Sequence record: SRR20825010_1094 | DNA length: 38,763 bases | Direction: 5' to 3' (one strand) | In this document: piece after piece, positions 1 through 9,352 of the stretch | How positions within the stretch are numbered: position 1 is the stretch's first letter | Layout of the letters: each line of letters begins with the position of its first letter | Program-made: the position numbers and the translations under genes | The notes under the pieces: model-generated | Seen by the model: the letters and a program-made list of their open reading frames with translations, nothing else | Told to the model about the DNA's origin: nothing | The model's database searches: none

Positions 1-1
1 G

Positions 2-871
<870 letters not shown>

Positions 872-896
872 TGATACGAAGCAGAGAGGCAAGGGC

Positions 897-1736
897 ATGA
901 CAGACACGGATACCCTTGCCACGCTTCTGATCCTCGCATCCGCCCTGTTGCACGCAAGCTGGAACGCCGCAACAAAACGCACCGAAAACAAGCTGGGCAC
1001 CATTGCCTTCATGTCGATTTTCGGCAGCCTGCTTTATATACCGCTTGTGCCGTTTTTCCCGCTGCCTATCGGGGTGATGTGGGTTTTTATTCTGGCGTCT
1101 GTCGCCGCGCATATCGTCTACCAGTTGGCACTTGCCCGCGCCCTTGAGTTTGGCGACCTCACCTTCATTTACCCCATCGCACGCGGGCTTGGGCCACTTC
1201 TGGTCGGGCTTTTCAGTCTCATATTCCTCTCCGGCACCCTAAGTCTGCCGGAATTTTTAGCCATTCTGACGCTTGTGGGCGGTATTTTCCTCACCATCAG
1301 CGCACGCGCAGGTAACAGCAAAGCCTTCATCGCCGCCGTTATCTGCGGCCTCATGATCGCCACTTATACTCTTATTGATGGCTTTGCCGTTAAAAGCGCC
1401 AGCGAGCCGATGATCTTCATCATCTGGGGCGCGCTGGTCTTCTCCCCCATCTTTGCCACCTTCCTCACCCTCACCCATGGGCGTAGCTTCCTGAAGGAAA
1501 GCCTCAGCACATGGCGTGTCAGCCTGCCGATCGCACTTCTGGCGCAAAGCGGCTATGCACTGGCGCTCTATGCCCTCAGCCTTGGGGATATTGGTGAAAT
1601 CGCGGCACTCCGGGAAACCAGCATTGTGTTTGCAACCCTTATTGGCGCGCTCTGGCTCAAGGAAGATATCCCCGGTAAAAAGCTCATCGCCGTGCTGCTT
1701 ATAGCCATTGGTGCCGTTTCCCTGAAACTTGTTTGA
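897..1736 (+). CDS. EamA/DMT family transporter
   Basis: About 10 hydrophobic segments in two repeats; motifs SALLHASWN, YPIARG, ALRETSIVFA. Confidence 0.88.
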   Translation: MTDTDTLATLLILASALLHASWNAATKRTENKLGTIAFMSIFGSLLYIPLVPFFPLPIGVMWVFILASVAAHIVYQLALARALEFGDLTFIYPIARGLGPLLVGLFSLIFLSGTLSLPEFLAILTLVGGIFLTISARAGNSKAFIAAVICGLMIATYTLIDGFAVKSASEPMIFIIWGALVFSPIFATFLTLTHGRSFLKESLSTWRVSLPIALLAQSGYALALYALSLGDIGEIAALRETSIVFATLIGALWLKEDIPGKKLIAVLLIAIGAVSLKLV

Positions 1737-1745
1737 TCCACCCTC

Positions 1746-1790
1746 TTGACATTCTCCCTTGCGCTTGTTATTTCGGTATTTAGCGAATAA
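1746..1790 (+). promoter_or_regulatory. Putative sigma70 promoter with overlapping ArsR/SdpR-type operator
   Basis: TTGACA at 1746-1751, 17-bp spacer, TATTTC at 1769-1774; imperfect inverted repeat TTATTTCG...CGAATAA (1768-1790) upstream of the ArsR gene. Confidence 0.5.
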
Positions 1791-1807
1791 ACGAAAAAGG
1801 AGCGACA

Positions 1808-2113
1808 ATGTCAGACGTATTCAACGCTCTATCCTCTCCCGTCCGGCGGCAAATTCTATCGATGCTGAAGTCCCGAGACATGACAGCGGGGGAAATCTCA
1901 AGTCGGCTTTCTGTGGCGAAATCCACACTTTCAGGGCATTTCAATGTCCTTAAGGCAGCCGATCTTGTGGTGACGGACCGCGACGGCACCACCATTACCT
2001 ACAGCCTCAACACCAGCGTCGTAGAAGACCTGCTGTCGTTGATGGTTGGCTTATTAGCCCCGGAGGGGGAAACAAAACAAAAGAAGGAGGCGGCAGATGG
2101 CGACCTTGGGTAA
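1808..2113 (+). CDS. sdpR: ArsR family transcriptional repressor, SdpR-like
   Basis: VFNALSSPVRRQIL...MTAGEI...STLSGHFNVLKAADLV...YSLNTSV; SD AAGGAG; overlaps the downstream SdpI gene. Confidence 0.85.
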   Translation: MSDVFNALSSPVRRQILSMLKSRDMTAGEISSRLSVAKSTLSGHFNVLKAADLVVTDRDGTTITYSLNTSVVEDLLSLMVGLLAPEGETKQKKEAADGDLG

Positions 2114-2756
2114 ATTCAAGCTGGCATGGGGCATCACCCTGGCCACTATGGCCGCGAGCCTTGTGGGCTATGCAACACTCGGCGATGTCACTGAAATTCC
2201 TGTGCACTGGAACACGGAAGGCAAGGTAGACGGCACTGCAAGTCCGCTCATGGGGCTCGGTCTCATGCCGGCTATACAGGTTATTATGATCGGCCTTTTC
2301 TCTGCGCTGTCGTTCATTGAACCCCGGAAAGCCAACATCGAGAACTCCGCCAAAGCGATAAGCGCCACGGTAACTGCCACCGTCGCCCTTTTGGCCGTCG
2401 TGCAGGTGGGGATTATTTTTGAGGCACACGGCATCCACGCCATGAATGTCACCACCATTATGGTTTCCATGGGGTTGTTGCTGGCGGTGCTGGGTAACTA
2501 TCTACCCAAGCTTCGCTCCAGCTTTTTCGTTGGCATCCGCACACCCTGGACACTGTCCAGCGACACGGTGTGGCGCAAAACTCACCGCCTTGGCAGCAAA
2601 CTGTTCATTGCGGCAGGTATTGTCAGCATTCTGGCCGCGCTATTGGCTCCCTCTGACATAGCCTTGAAAACAATGCTTGGCATGGTGGTTATCGCCGCCG
2701 TCGTTCCCACAGTTTATTCCTGGGTTGTGTGGCGGCGGGAAAACGAAGCCAAATAA
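2097..2756 (+). CDS. sdpI: SdpI family membrane protein (with DUF1648-like IPVHWN motif)
   Basis: IPVHWNTEGKVDG, GNYLPK, FVGIRTPWTLSSDTVWRKTHR; about 6 TM helices; SD GGAGG. Confidence 0.87.
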   Translation: MATLGKFKLAWGITLATMAASLVGYATLGDVTEIPVHWNTEGKVDGTASPLMGLGLMPAIQVIMIGLFSALSFIEPRKANIENSAKAISATVTATVALLAVVQVGIIFEAHGIHAMNVTTIMVSMGLLLAVLGNYLPKLRSSFFVGIRTPWTLSSDTVWRKTHRLGSKLFIAAGIVSILAALLAPSDIALKTMLGMVVIAAVVPTVYSWVVWRRENEAK

Positions 2757-2770
2757 TCGATATTATCGAT
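2756..2770. promoter_or_regulatory. LysR/OxyR-like palindrome upstream of dps
   Basis: ATCG-N7-CGAT (ATCGATATTATCGAT) resembles the OxyR ATAG-N7-CTAT unit and the T-N11-A LysR motif; dps genes are commonly OxyR-activated. Confidence 0.45.
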
Positions 2771-2844
2771 CATATCTTCCATTTTAATCTGTTGGAGAGA
2801 TATCCAGAAACACCCTATATTCTCTTCAACAGACAAGGAGGACC

Positions 2845-3312
2845 ATGACCGTGACAACCGAATTTAACACTGCCAACCAGAACCAGATCGCAAATGCACT
2901 CAAGCCTGTGCTGGCAGAAAGTGTTCAGCTTTATGTGTTGACCCAAAATGTGCACTGGAACGTAACCGGCCCGATGTTTCAGGCTGTGCATACGCTGACA
3001 GAAGCACAGTATCTGGAGCTTGCACCTGCGATTGACGAGATTGCGGAACGTATCCGCACCCTTGGTCAGAAAGCGCCTGCAAGCCTTCAGGCATATGCGA
3101 GCCTTGGTGATATTGATGACGGTGACGAAAACGCCTCAGCTGAAGCCATGGTGAAAGCGCTTGTGGCGGCTCACGCCCAGATCGCGAACCGTATTCGCCC
3201 CATCATCGGCGTTGCGGGTAAAGCAAATGACGAGGTTACCGCAGGCCTGTTGACCGACCGCCTGACAGTGCACGAGAAAGCCCAGTGGATGCTGCGCGCC
3301 ATGCTTGGCTAA
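2845..3312 (+). CDS. dps: Dps family DNA-protection / mini-ferritin protein
   Basis: Ferroxidase motif HWNVTGPMFQAVH...DEIAERI, C-terminal HEKAQWML; SD AAGGAGG. Confidence 0.93.
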   Translation: MTVTTEFNTANQNQIANALKPVLAESVQLYVLTQNVHWNVTGPMFQAVHTLTEAQYLELAPAIDEIAERIRTLGQKAPASLQAYASLGDIDDGDENASAEAMVKALVAAHAQIANRIRPIIGVAGKANDEVTAGLLTDRLTVHEKAQWMLRAMLG

Positions 3313-3334
3313 GCCACACGGTCCGGCAGCACGG

Positions 3335-4633
3335 TTAAAGGCGGTCTTTGAGCCAATAATATAATATGGCGCTTGAGACCGCCTGCCTCCCGAGCCACGC
3401 CCCAATTGGCAATCGCCATTTGGGGACAGCCGCAAACAGCTCAAACCGGCCCATGTGGCCGGTGATGGCCTCACCCAGCACCTGCCCCATCAGGTTTCCC
3501 ATATTCACACCGTGGCCTGTATAGCCGAAGCTGTACCAGATATTTTCACCGATACGGCCCACAAGCGGCACCTCTCCAAGCGACACACCAAGTTTGCCGC
3601 CCCATTCATGCGTGACCTTGATGCCCTCAAGCTCTGGCCAGACCTTAAGGAGGCGCGGCATCAGTTTGTCTTTCACCGATTTTGGCTTGCGGCCCGAGAA
3701 ATTGACACGCCCACCAAACAGCACCCGCCCATCCGCCGACATACGGAAATAATCACACACCTTTTTAGTATCGCAAATCGCGTAGCGGTTCGGGTTCAGG
3801 CGATCGAGCACATCCTCCGCCAGCGGTTCGGTCGCGATCAGGAAACTGCCCGCCGGGAAAGCATAACCACCTAGCTTGCGCCTGAGCAAATTGTGGTGCG
3901 CGTTGGCCGCCATCACAACATGTTTGGCCCGCACGCTGCCCGTGCCCGCATGCACACGAGCCTCTGCTCCCTCTTCAATCTTGTGTACCGGGCTGCGCTC
4001 GTAAATCTGTACACCAAGCTTTTTGCACGCTTTATAAAGCCCCAGGCATAATTTCAGTGGATGCAGGTGCCCGTCAGACATGCTCCGGAGCCCGCCCTGA
4101 TACACGTCGCTGCCGATGGTGTCCGCAAGCTCAGCCGCACCCATGAAATGCCAACCACGGTCGGGGCAATCACTCTCCATCTCATTATAGCTGTGGTAAA
4201 GGCCCGCAAGCTGGCGCGGCGTAGGTGCTACCTCCAGCCAACCGGGGGTGAGGTCACAGTCGATATCATAATCATCTATCCGGCGGCGGATCAGATCATG
4301 CCCCGCCCATGTGAGCGCACGCACATCTTTCGCCCGAGACGCACCCCAGTATTTCGCGAGCCGTTCCTGCCCGACAAAGCCACGAATAAGCTGACCACCA
4401 TTGCGGCCAGATGCGCCCCACCCCACCTGCCGCGCTTCAACAAGCGTAACCGTGCGCCCTGCTTCCGCCAGCGTCAGCGCCGCAGACAGGCCGGTGAAAC
4501 CGCCGCCAATAACACATACGTCTGTTTCCACATGCGTGCTCAGCGTGTCTTCCGGCTCATGCAGCGGCGCAGATGCAGCATACCAGCTATCAGGCCAGCT
4601 ATCAGGCCTGCGATCCGTATGGGTGTTTTGCAT
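3335..4633 (-). CDS. FAD-dependent oxidoreductase, DAO/PuuB (gamma-glutamylputrescine oxidase)-like
   Basis: DVCVIGGGFTGLSAA, GWGASGRNGGQ, HLHPLKL, GYTGHGV; start placed at ATG 4633, which follows SD GGAGG. Confidence 0.85.
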   Translation of the reverse strand: MQNTHTDRRPDSWPDSWYAASAPLHEPEDTLSTHVETDVCVIGGGFTGLSAALTLAEAGRTVTLVEARQVGWGASGRNGGQLIRGFVGQERLAKYWGASRAKDVRALTWAGHDLIRRRIDDYDIDCDLTPGWLEVAPTPRQLAGLYHSYNEMESDCPDRGWHFMGAAELADTIGSDVYQGGLRSMSDGHLHPLKLCLGLYKACKKLGVQIYERSPVHKIEEGAEARVHAGTGSVRAKHVVMAANAHHNLLRRKLGGYAFPAGSFLIATEPLAEDVLDRLNPNRYAICDTKKVCDYFRMSADGRVLFGGRVNFSGRKPKSVKDKLMPRLLKVWPELEGIKVTHEWGGKLGVSLGEVPLVGRIGENIWYSFGYTGHGVNMGNLMGQVLGEAITGHMGRFELFAAVPKWRLPIGAWLGRQAVSSAILYYWLKDRL

Positions 4634-4733
4634 GTCATGTCCTCCGGGCATGCAGGGCCAATGAGAGGGGCCCAATATCGCGATACGCTATCATGGTGGC
4701 GAAATGAGGCAAACGCCATAAGCGCAATTTCGC

Positions 4734-4777
4734 TTGACATATTAGTAAGCTTATACTTACGGTAAGTCATGACTTAC
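4734..4777 (+). promoter_or_regulatory. Promoter with tandem GTAAG-N6-CTTAC operators, probable leaderless start
   Basis: TTGACA 4734-4739, TACGGT 4758-4763; GTAAGCTTATACTTAC (4745-4760) and perfect palindrome GTAAGTCATGACTTAC (4762-4777) spanning the ATG. Confidence 0.65.
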
Positions 4778-5080
4778 GATTTAATATTCTCGGCGCTTGC
4801 CGACCCAACAAGGCGCAGCATCTTCGAAGCTTTACGCACCGAGGAACGCACCGTGGGTGATATCGCACTTAATCAGCCGGTTAGCCGCCCCGCGGTATCG
4901 CAGCACCTGAAGGTCCTTGAGACAGCGGGCCTTGTCACCGTGCGCTCGGAAGGCAACCGGCGGTTCTATGCCTTGCGCCGCGACGGCCTTGAAGACCTCA
5001 GGCGATATCTGGACAGTTTCTGGTCTGATGCTCTGTCCGCCTACGCCGCAGAAATCGAACGCCGCATGAAAACCAATTAG
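4769..5080 (+). CDS. ArsR/SmtB family transcriptional regulator
   Basis: FSALADPTRRSIFEAL...VSRPAVSQHLKVLETAGLV...GNRRFY. Confidence 0.9.
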   Translation: MTYDLIFSALADPTRRSIFEALRTEERTVGDIALNQPVSRPAVSQHLKVLETAGLVTVRSEGNRRFYALRRDGLEDLRRYLDSFWSDALSAYAAEIERRMKTN

Positions 5081-5089
5081 GAGCCGAAT

Positions 5090-5575
5090 GTGCTTGACCC
5101 AATCATCAAACGAATTGAAGTGCCATGCAGCCAGAAAAAGGCATTTAACGTTTTCCTGAATGAAATGGACAGCTGGTGGCCGATGGATAAGTTTACCGTA
5201 TCTGTCATGGCGGGCACTAAAGCCGCTAGGATCACGGTCACACCTGAAGTTGACGGCAAGATCATTGAAGTAAGCGCCAACGGCACGGAGTATTACTGGG
5301 GAACCATAAAAAAATATAACCCCTTCAACGGTTTCAGCATGCGATTTCACATCCCTCACCCGGAACATATGCCGTGCCCACCGGACCATGCCGGCGGCGG
5401 CGAAACTCTGGTTGAAGTCTCTTTCATATCCCTTGACGCCAGCCGCACCCTTGTTGAGCTAAAACAAAGCGACTTCGAAGCTCTGGGCGAAATGGCCGAA
5501 GGCGTACACGGCGGATACGGCTTCGGATGGACGATGATTTTCGAGACTGCCTATAAAGCCGCTTGCGAAGCGTAG
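5090..5575 (+). CDS. SRPBCC (START/Aha1-like) domain protein
   Basis: GTG start after SD AGGAG; AFNVFLNEMDSWWP, TLVEVSF...TLVEL, C-terminal GWTMIF helix; typical ArsR-SRPBCC pairing. Confidence 0.8.
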   Translation: MLDPIIKRIEVPCSQKKAFNVFLNEMDSWWPMDKFTVSVMAGTKAARITVTPEVDGKIIEVSANGTEYYWGTIKKYNPFNGFSMRFHIPHPEHMPCPPDHAGGGETLVEVSFISLDASRTLVELKQSDFEALGEMAEGVHGGYGFGWTMIFETAYKAACEA

Positions 5576-5710
5576 CCAGCTCCTCGCTGACGATTAGCAT
5601 GGTTCGACTACCCGATGATTATCGCGTGGTCGAGCTGTGTCAAAATGCCCAGCCCTCTCTTACCGTTCGCGCTTGCCCGCCCCTGCCTTCCATGCTATCA
5701 GCAAGCAAGA

Positions 5711-5727
5711 TTGAGAAGCATTCTCAA
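5711..5727. promoter_or_regulatory. Fur-like iron box upstream of feoAB
   Basis: TTGAGAAGCATTCTCAA is a near-perfect inverted repeat matching the 7-1-7 TGAGAATnATTCTCA form; lies just after a candidate TTGCCC-17-TATCAG promoter. Confidence 0.7.
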
Positions 5728-5771
5728 GTTGTAAACCAGAATGTAAAAGCGTTACCACAGGCGAGCCAACC

Positions 5772-6053
5772 ATGAACAACGAAACCCCAGTTGCCGCACC
5801 CGGCATCGAAAGCCTTGGCCAGATGCGGCCCGGCGCACGCGGGCGTATTGCATCTTTTGATGCTGCGGCGTCCCACTGCCATCACAACGATATGGTGGAC
5901 CGGTTGCGCGAGATGGGGTTCGCTGAAGACCTTGAGATAGAAGTGTTGCACCAGAGCCCGTTCGGCCGTGACCCGATTGCGGTGCGCGTCGGCAAAATGA
6001 CAGTGGCCCTGCGCCGCAAGGATGCCCATATCGTCAAGGTGCAACTGGCATGA
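5772..6053 (+). CDS. feoA: Ferrous iron transport protein A
   Basis: RLREMGF...SPFGRDPIAVRVG...ALRRKDA; overlaps feoB start (ATGA). Confidence 0.92.
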   Translation: MNNETPVAAPGIESLGQMRPGARGRIASFDAAASHCHHNDMVDRLREMGFAEDLEIEVLHQSPFGRDPIAVRVGKMTVALRRKDAHIVKVQLA

Positions 6054-7891
6054 CAAAAGCAAAACTCGTTGCGGTTGTCGGCAACCCGAACTGTGGTAAG
6101 TCGGCCCTTTTTAACGCGCTTACAGGCCTGAGGCAGAAGGTTGCCAACTATCCCGGCGCCACCGTTGAGCGCCGCGCTGGCCCCCTTCTCGGCAACACCA
6201 GTGTTGAACTGATCGACCTGCCCGGCACCTATAGCCTGACACCCAGAAGCCCTGATGAAGCCGTTACCCGTGATGTGATTATGGGTACTTATAAGGCGGA
6301 AGGTAAACCCGACGCGCTTATCTGTGTTGTTGACGCCACCAATCTGGAACAGCACCTCAGGTTTGTGCTTGAGCTGAAAGCCATCGGCCTGCCAACTGTT
6401 GTTGCGCTCAATATGACAGACTTGGCCGAGCGGGAGCAGATCCGCATTGACGCGGATGCTCTTTCCAAAAAGCTTGGCCTGCCTGTGGTGGAAACTGTGG
6501 CCGTGCGCCGCAAAGGGCTTGATAGCCTCAAGGACAAACTGCTTGATGCTGCTGGTGATTTCACCAACAAGGCCATGGATTTTGGCACCAGCACGCGCGA
6601 CCGCCAGCGGGCTGCCCGCAAGATCGCCAAGGACGTAACGCTCAGCGAAGGCATTGGTCACCGCACCACCCGCGTGCTGGACAATGTCCTCCTGAACCCG
6701 ATTGTTGGCCCCATTGTGCTGTTTGGCATTCTGTTCCTGATGTTTCAGGCTGTATTCGCTTGGGCGGAAGCACCCATGGGCTGGATTGAAGACAGCATAA
6801 TGATACTTCAGGGTCTTGCATCAAGCGCCCTGCCCGATAACTGGCTTTTGAGCTTCATCAACGACGGCATCCTTGCCGGTGTTGGAGCCGTGATTGTCTT
6901 CTTTCCGCAAATCATCATCCTGTTTGCCTTCATTCTGGTGCTGGAAAGCTCGGGCTATATGGCACGTGCTGCTTTTTTGATGGACAAGCTTATGGCGTCC
7001 GTCGGGCTGAATGGCCGCGCGTTTATTCCGCTGCTGTCATCTTTCGCATGCGCGATCCCTGGCATCATGGCGGCTCGCACCATCTCGGACCAGAAAGACA
7101 GGCTGACCACAATACTTATCGCACCGCTGATGACCTGTTCAGCCCGCCTGCCCGTTTACACGCTTATCATTGCGGCTTTCATTCCCAACACTGATATCTG
7201 GGGCGGCATGGTTGGCCTGCAGGGGCTGGTGATGTTCACGCTATATATGGCGGGCATCGTGTTTGCGCTGATCGTTGCAGCGGTGATGAAACGCACCATC
7301 ACCAAAGGCGAAAGCCAGACTTTCATGCTGGAGCTGCCGAAATACCAACCGCCGCACTGGCGTTTTGTACTTGTGGGGCTTTATGAGCGCTGCCGCGTAT
7401 TTTTGCGCCGCGCGGGGACCATCATCCTCACGGTCACTGTGGTATTGTGGGCGCTTGCGAGCTTCCCGGGTGCCCCGGAAGGCGCAACCGAGCCCGCTGT
7501 CACCTACAGCCTTGTGGGCATCATTGGTGGCTGGCTTGAAGTGATCTTTGCCCCCATTGGTTTTAACTGGGAAATCTCAGCCGCGCTTGTACCCGGTATG
7601 GCTGCGCGTGAAGTAGCCGTCGCCGCCCTTGGTACTGTCTACTCACTTTCCGGCAGTGAAGATACTGTCACGGAAGGCCTTGTGGGCATGCTTAACGGCG
7701 CCTGGAGCCTGCCGACCGCGCTTTCATTCCTTGCGTGGTATGTGTTTGCGCCGCAATGCCTTTCCACCATCGCGGTGGCGCGGCGCGAAACCGGTGGCTG
7801 GAAATGGCCTCTCGTTATGGTGGGTTACCTGTTTGGCCTTGCATACTTGGCGGCCTTCATCACCTTCCAGCTTTCAAGCGCACTTATGTAA
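6050..7891 (+). CDS. feoB: Ferrous iron transport protein B
   Basis: G1 GNPNCGKS, VANYPGATVE, G3 DLPGTYSL, G4 NMTD; membrane motifs SGYMARAAF, FACAIPGIMA, PLMTCSARLPVY. Confidence 0.96.
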   Translation: MTKAKLVAVVGNPNCGKSALFNALTGLRQKVANYPGATVERRAGPLLGNTSVELIDLPGTYSLTPRSPDEAVTRDVIMGTYKAEGKPDALICVVDATNLEQHLRFVLELKAIGLPTVVALNMTDLAEREQIRIDADALSKKLGLPVVETVAVRRKGLDSLKDKLLDAAGDFTNKAMDFGTSTRDRQRAARKIAKDVTLSEGIGHRTTRVLDNVLLNPIVGPIVLFGILFLMFQAVFAWAEAPMGWIEDSIMILQGLASSALPDNWLLSFINDGILAGVGAVIVFFPQIIILFAFILVLESSGYMARAAFLMDKLMASVGLNGRAFIPLLSSFACAIPGIMAARTISDQKDRLTTILIAPLMTCSARLPVYTLIIAAFIPNTDIWGGMVGLQGLVMFTLYMAGIVFALIVAAVMKRTITKGESQTFMLELPKYQPPHWRFVLVGLYERCRVFLRRAGTIILTVTVVLWALASFPGAPEGATEPAVTYSLVGIIGGWLEVIFAPIGFNWEISAALVPGMAAREVAVAALGTVYSLSGSEDTVTEGLVGMLNGAWSLPTALSFLAWYVFAPQCLSTIAVARRETGGWKWPLVMVGYLFGLAYLAAFITFQLSSALM

Positions 7892-8013
7892 AATGACCGA
7901 ATGACCCGTATTTATCGGTGCGGGTCTTGCTGCAAGCACAAATATGCGGTAGCCACAGAAGGCATAGTAAAAGAATAAAATATTCAACACATGTCACATC
8001 AGGGAGCAATATC

Positions 8014-9210
8014 GTGAAACAATTATTCGCAGCAGTATCCTTGCTTGCGCTCGCCGCCTGCTCGAGCGAAGCGCCAGAGGATACATCTGGCGACGCCAAT
8101 CGCATCGCTCAGGACACCATCATCGTTGATGGGCATATCGACGTACCATACCGCCTGGACGCAGCATGGGAAGATGTGAGCGGCAGCACCGAAAAAGGCG
8201 ATTTCGACTATAACCGTGCCGTGGCCGGGGGCCTGAATGCACCGTTCATGTCGATCTATACGCCCGCCCATTATGACGGCACCGAAAAAGCGAAAACCCA
8301 TGCAGAAGACATGATCGCGATCGTGGAACGCATGGTGGCTGAAGCACCAACGAAATTCCGCATCGCTAAATCTGTGGCGGATGTTGAACAGGCTTTTGCT
8401 GACGGTGTGATTGCATTACCTCTTGGCATGGAAAACGGCTCACCCATCATGGGCGACCTTGAGAATCTGGATTATTTTTACGAGCGCGGCATTCGCTACA
8501 TCACACTCGCGCACTCCAAATCAAATGATATCTCGGATTCGTCCTATGACGTGAACCGTCAGTGGAACGGCCTGTCTGACTTTGGCCAAAGCGTAGTGCA
8601 ACGCATGAACGAGCTGGGCATCATGGTCGATATCAGCCACGTCTCTGACGACGCTTTCTGGCAGGTGATGGACCTGGCTGCTGTGCCTCCAATCGCAACC
8701 CACTCATCCGCACGCCACTTCACACCAGGCTTTGAGCGCAACATGTCAGACGACATGATCAAGGCGCTGGCAAACAAGGGCGGCGTGATCATGATCAACT
8801 ATGGCTCTGCATTCCTGACCGAGGCTGCCAATAAATATGGCCCGGCGATGGATGAAGAATACCTGAAGTATCTGGCGGACAATGGCCTTGAGGATTCAAC
8901 CGACCTGAAGGACCAGTTTGAAACCAACTACCGCAAAACCAACCCCTATCCTTATGCCACCACAGATGATGTGCTCGATCATATTGACCATGTAGTGAAA
9001 CTAGCCGGCATTGATTATGTGGGTATCGGCTCAGATTATGACGGTGTTGGCGACAGCCTGCCGACGGGCCTGAAGGATGCCGCATCATACCCGGCGCTGG
9101 TCGCAGGCCTTATTGAACGTGGTTACGCGGAAGAGGACATCAAAAAAATCCTCTCTGGTAATATCCTGCGCGTGTGGCGCACCACTGAGGCATACGCCGC
9201 GTCTCACTAA
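8014..9210 (+). CDS. Membrane dipeptidase (peptidase M19), predicted lipoprotein
   Basis: GTG at 8014 after SD AGGGAG gives lipobox signal MKQLFAAVSLLALAA-C; motifs DGHID, GMENG, YITLAH, DISH, ATHSS, RNMSD, GIGSDYDG. Confidence 0.9.
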   Translation: MKQLFAAVSLLALAACSSEAPEDTSGDANRIAQDTIIVDGHIDVPYRLDAAWEDVSGSTEKGDFDYNRAVAGGLNAPFMSIYTPAHYDGTEKAKTHAEDMIAIVERMVAEAPTKFRIAKSVADVEQAFADGVIALPLGMENGSPIMGDLENLDYFYERGIRYITLAHSKSNDISDSSYDVNRQWNGLSDFGQSVVQRMNELGIMVDISHVSDDAFWQVMDLAAVPPIATHSSARHFTPGFERNMSDDMIKALANKGGVIMINYGSAFLTEAANKYGPAMDEEYLKYLADNGLEDSTDLKDQFETNYRKTNPYPYATTDDVLDHIDHVVKLAGIDYVGIGSDYDGVGDSLPTGLKDAASYPALVAGLIERGYAEEDIKKILSGNILRVWRTTEAYAASH

Positions 9211-9230
9211 GCGAATAAAAGATATATAGT

Positions 9231-9270
9231 GCAACAGGCCGTGCCCTCCGGGGTGCGGCCTGTTGTTTAT
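9231..9270 (+). terminator. Intrinsic terminator after dipeptidase
   Basis: CAACAGGCCGTGCC...GGTGCGGCCTGTTG stem followed by TTTAT. Confidence 0.7.
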
Positions 9271-9352
9271 CTGGGGCACATTTGCGTCTAAAGGGCTGGA
9301 CGGCAGGACAAAAATTGTTAAAGTTTCGCGTGAAACTTGAGGGGGATAATCC

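Noticed and set aside
5094-5109. TTGACCCAATCATCAA, 9/10 match to the RutR-like box
   Set aside because: Inside the SRPBCC coding start with no nucleoside context; about one such single-mismatch hit is expected by chance in a window this size.
7918-8013. Upstream extension of the dipeptidase ORF (likewise ORF-track starts at 4675, 16584, 21065, 28768, 37871)
   Set aside because: Downstream starts have Shine-Dalgarno sites and/or give proper signal peptides.
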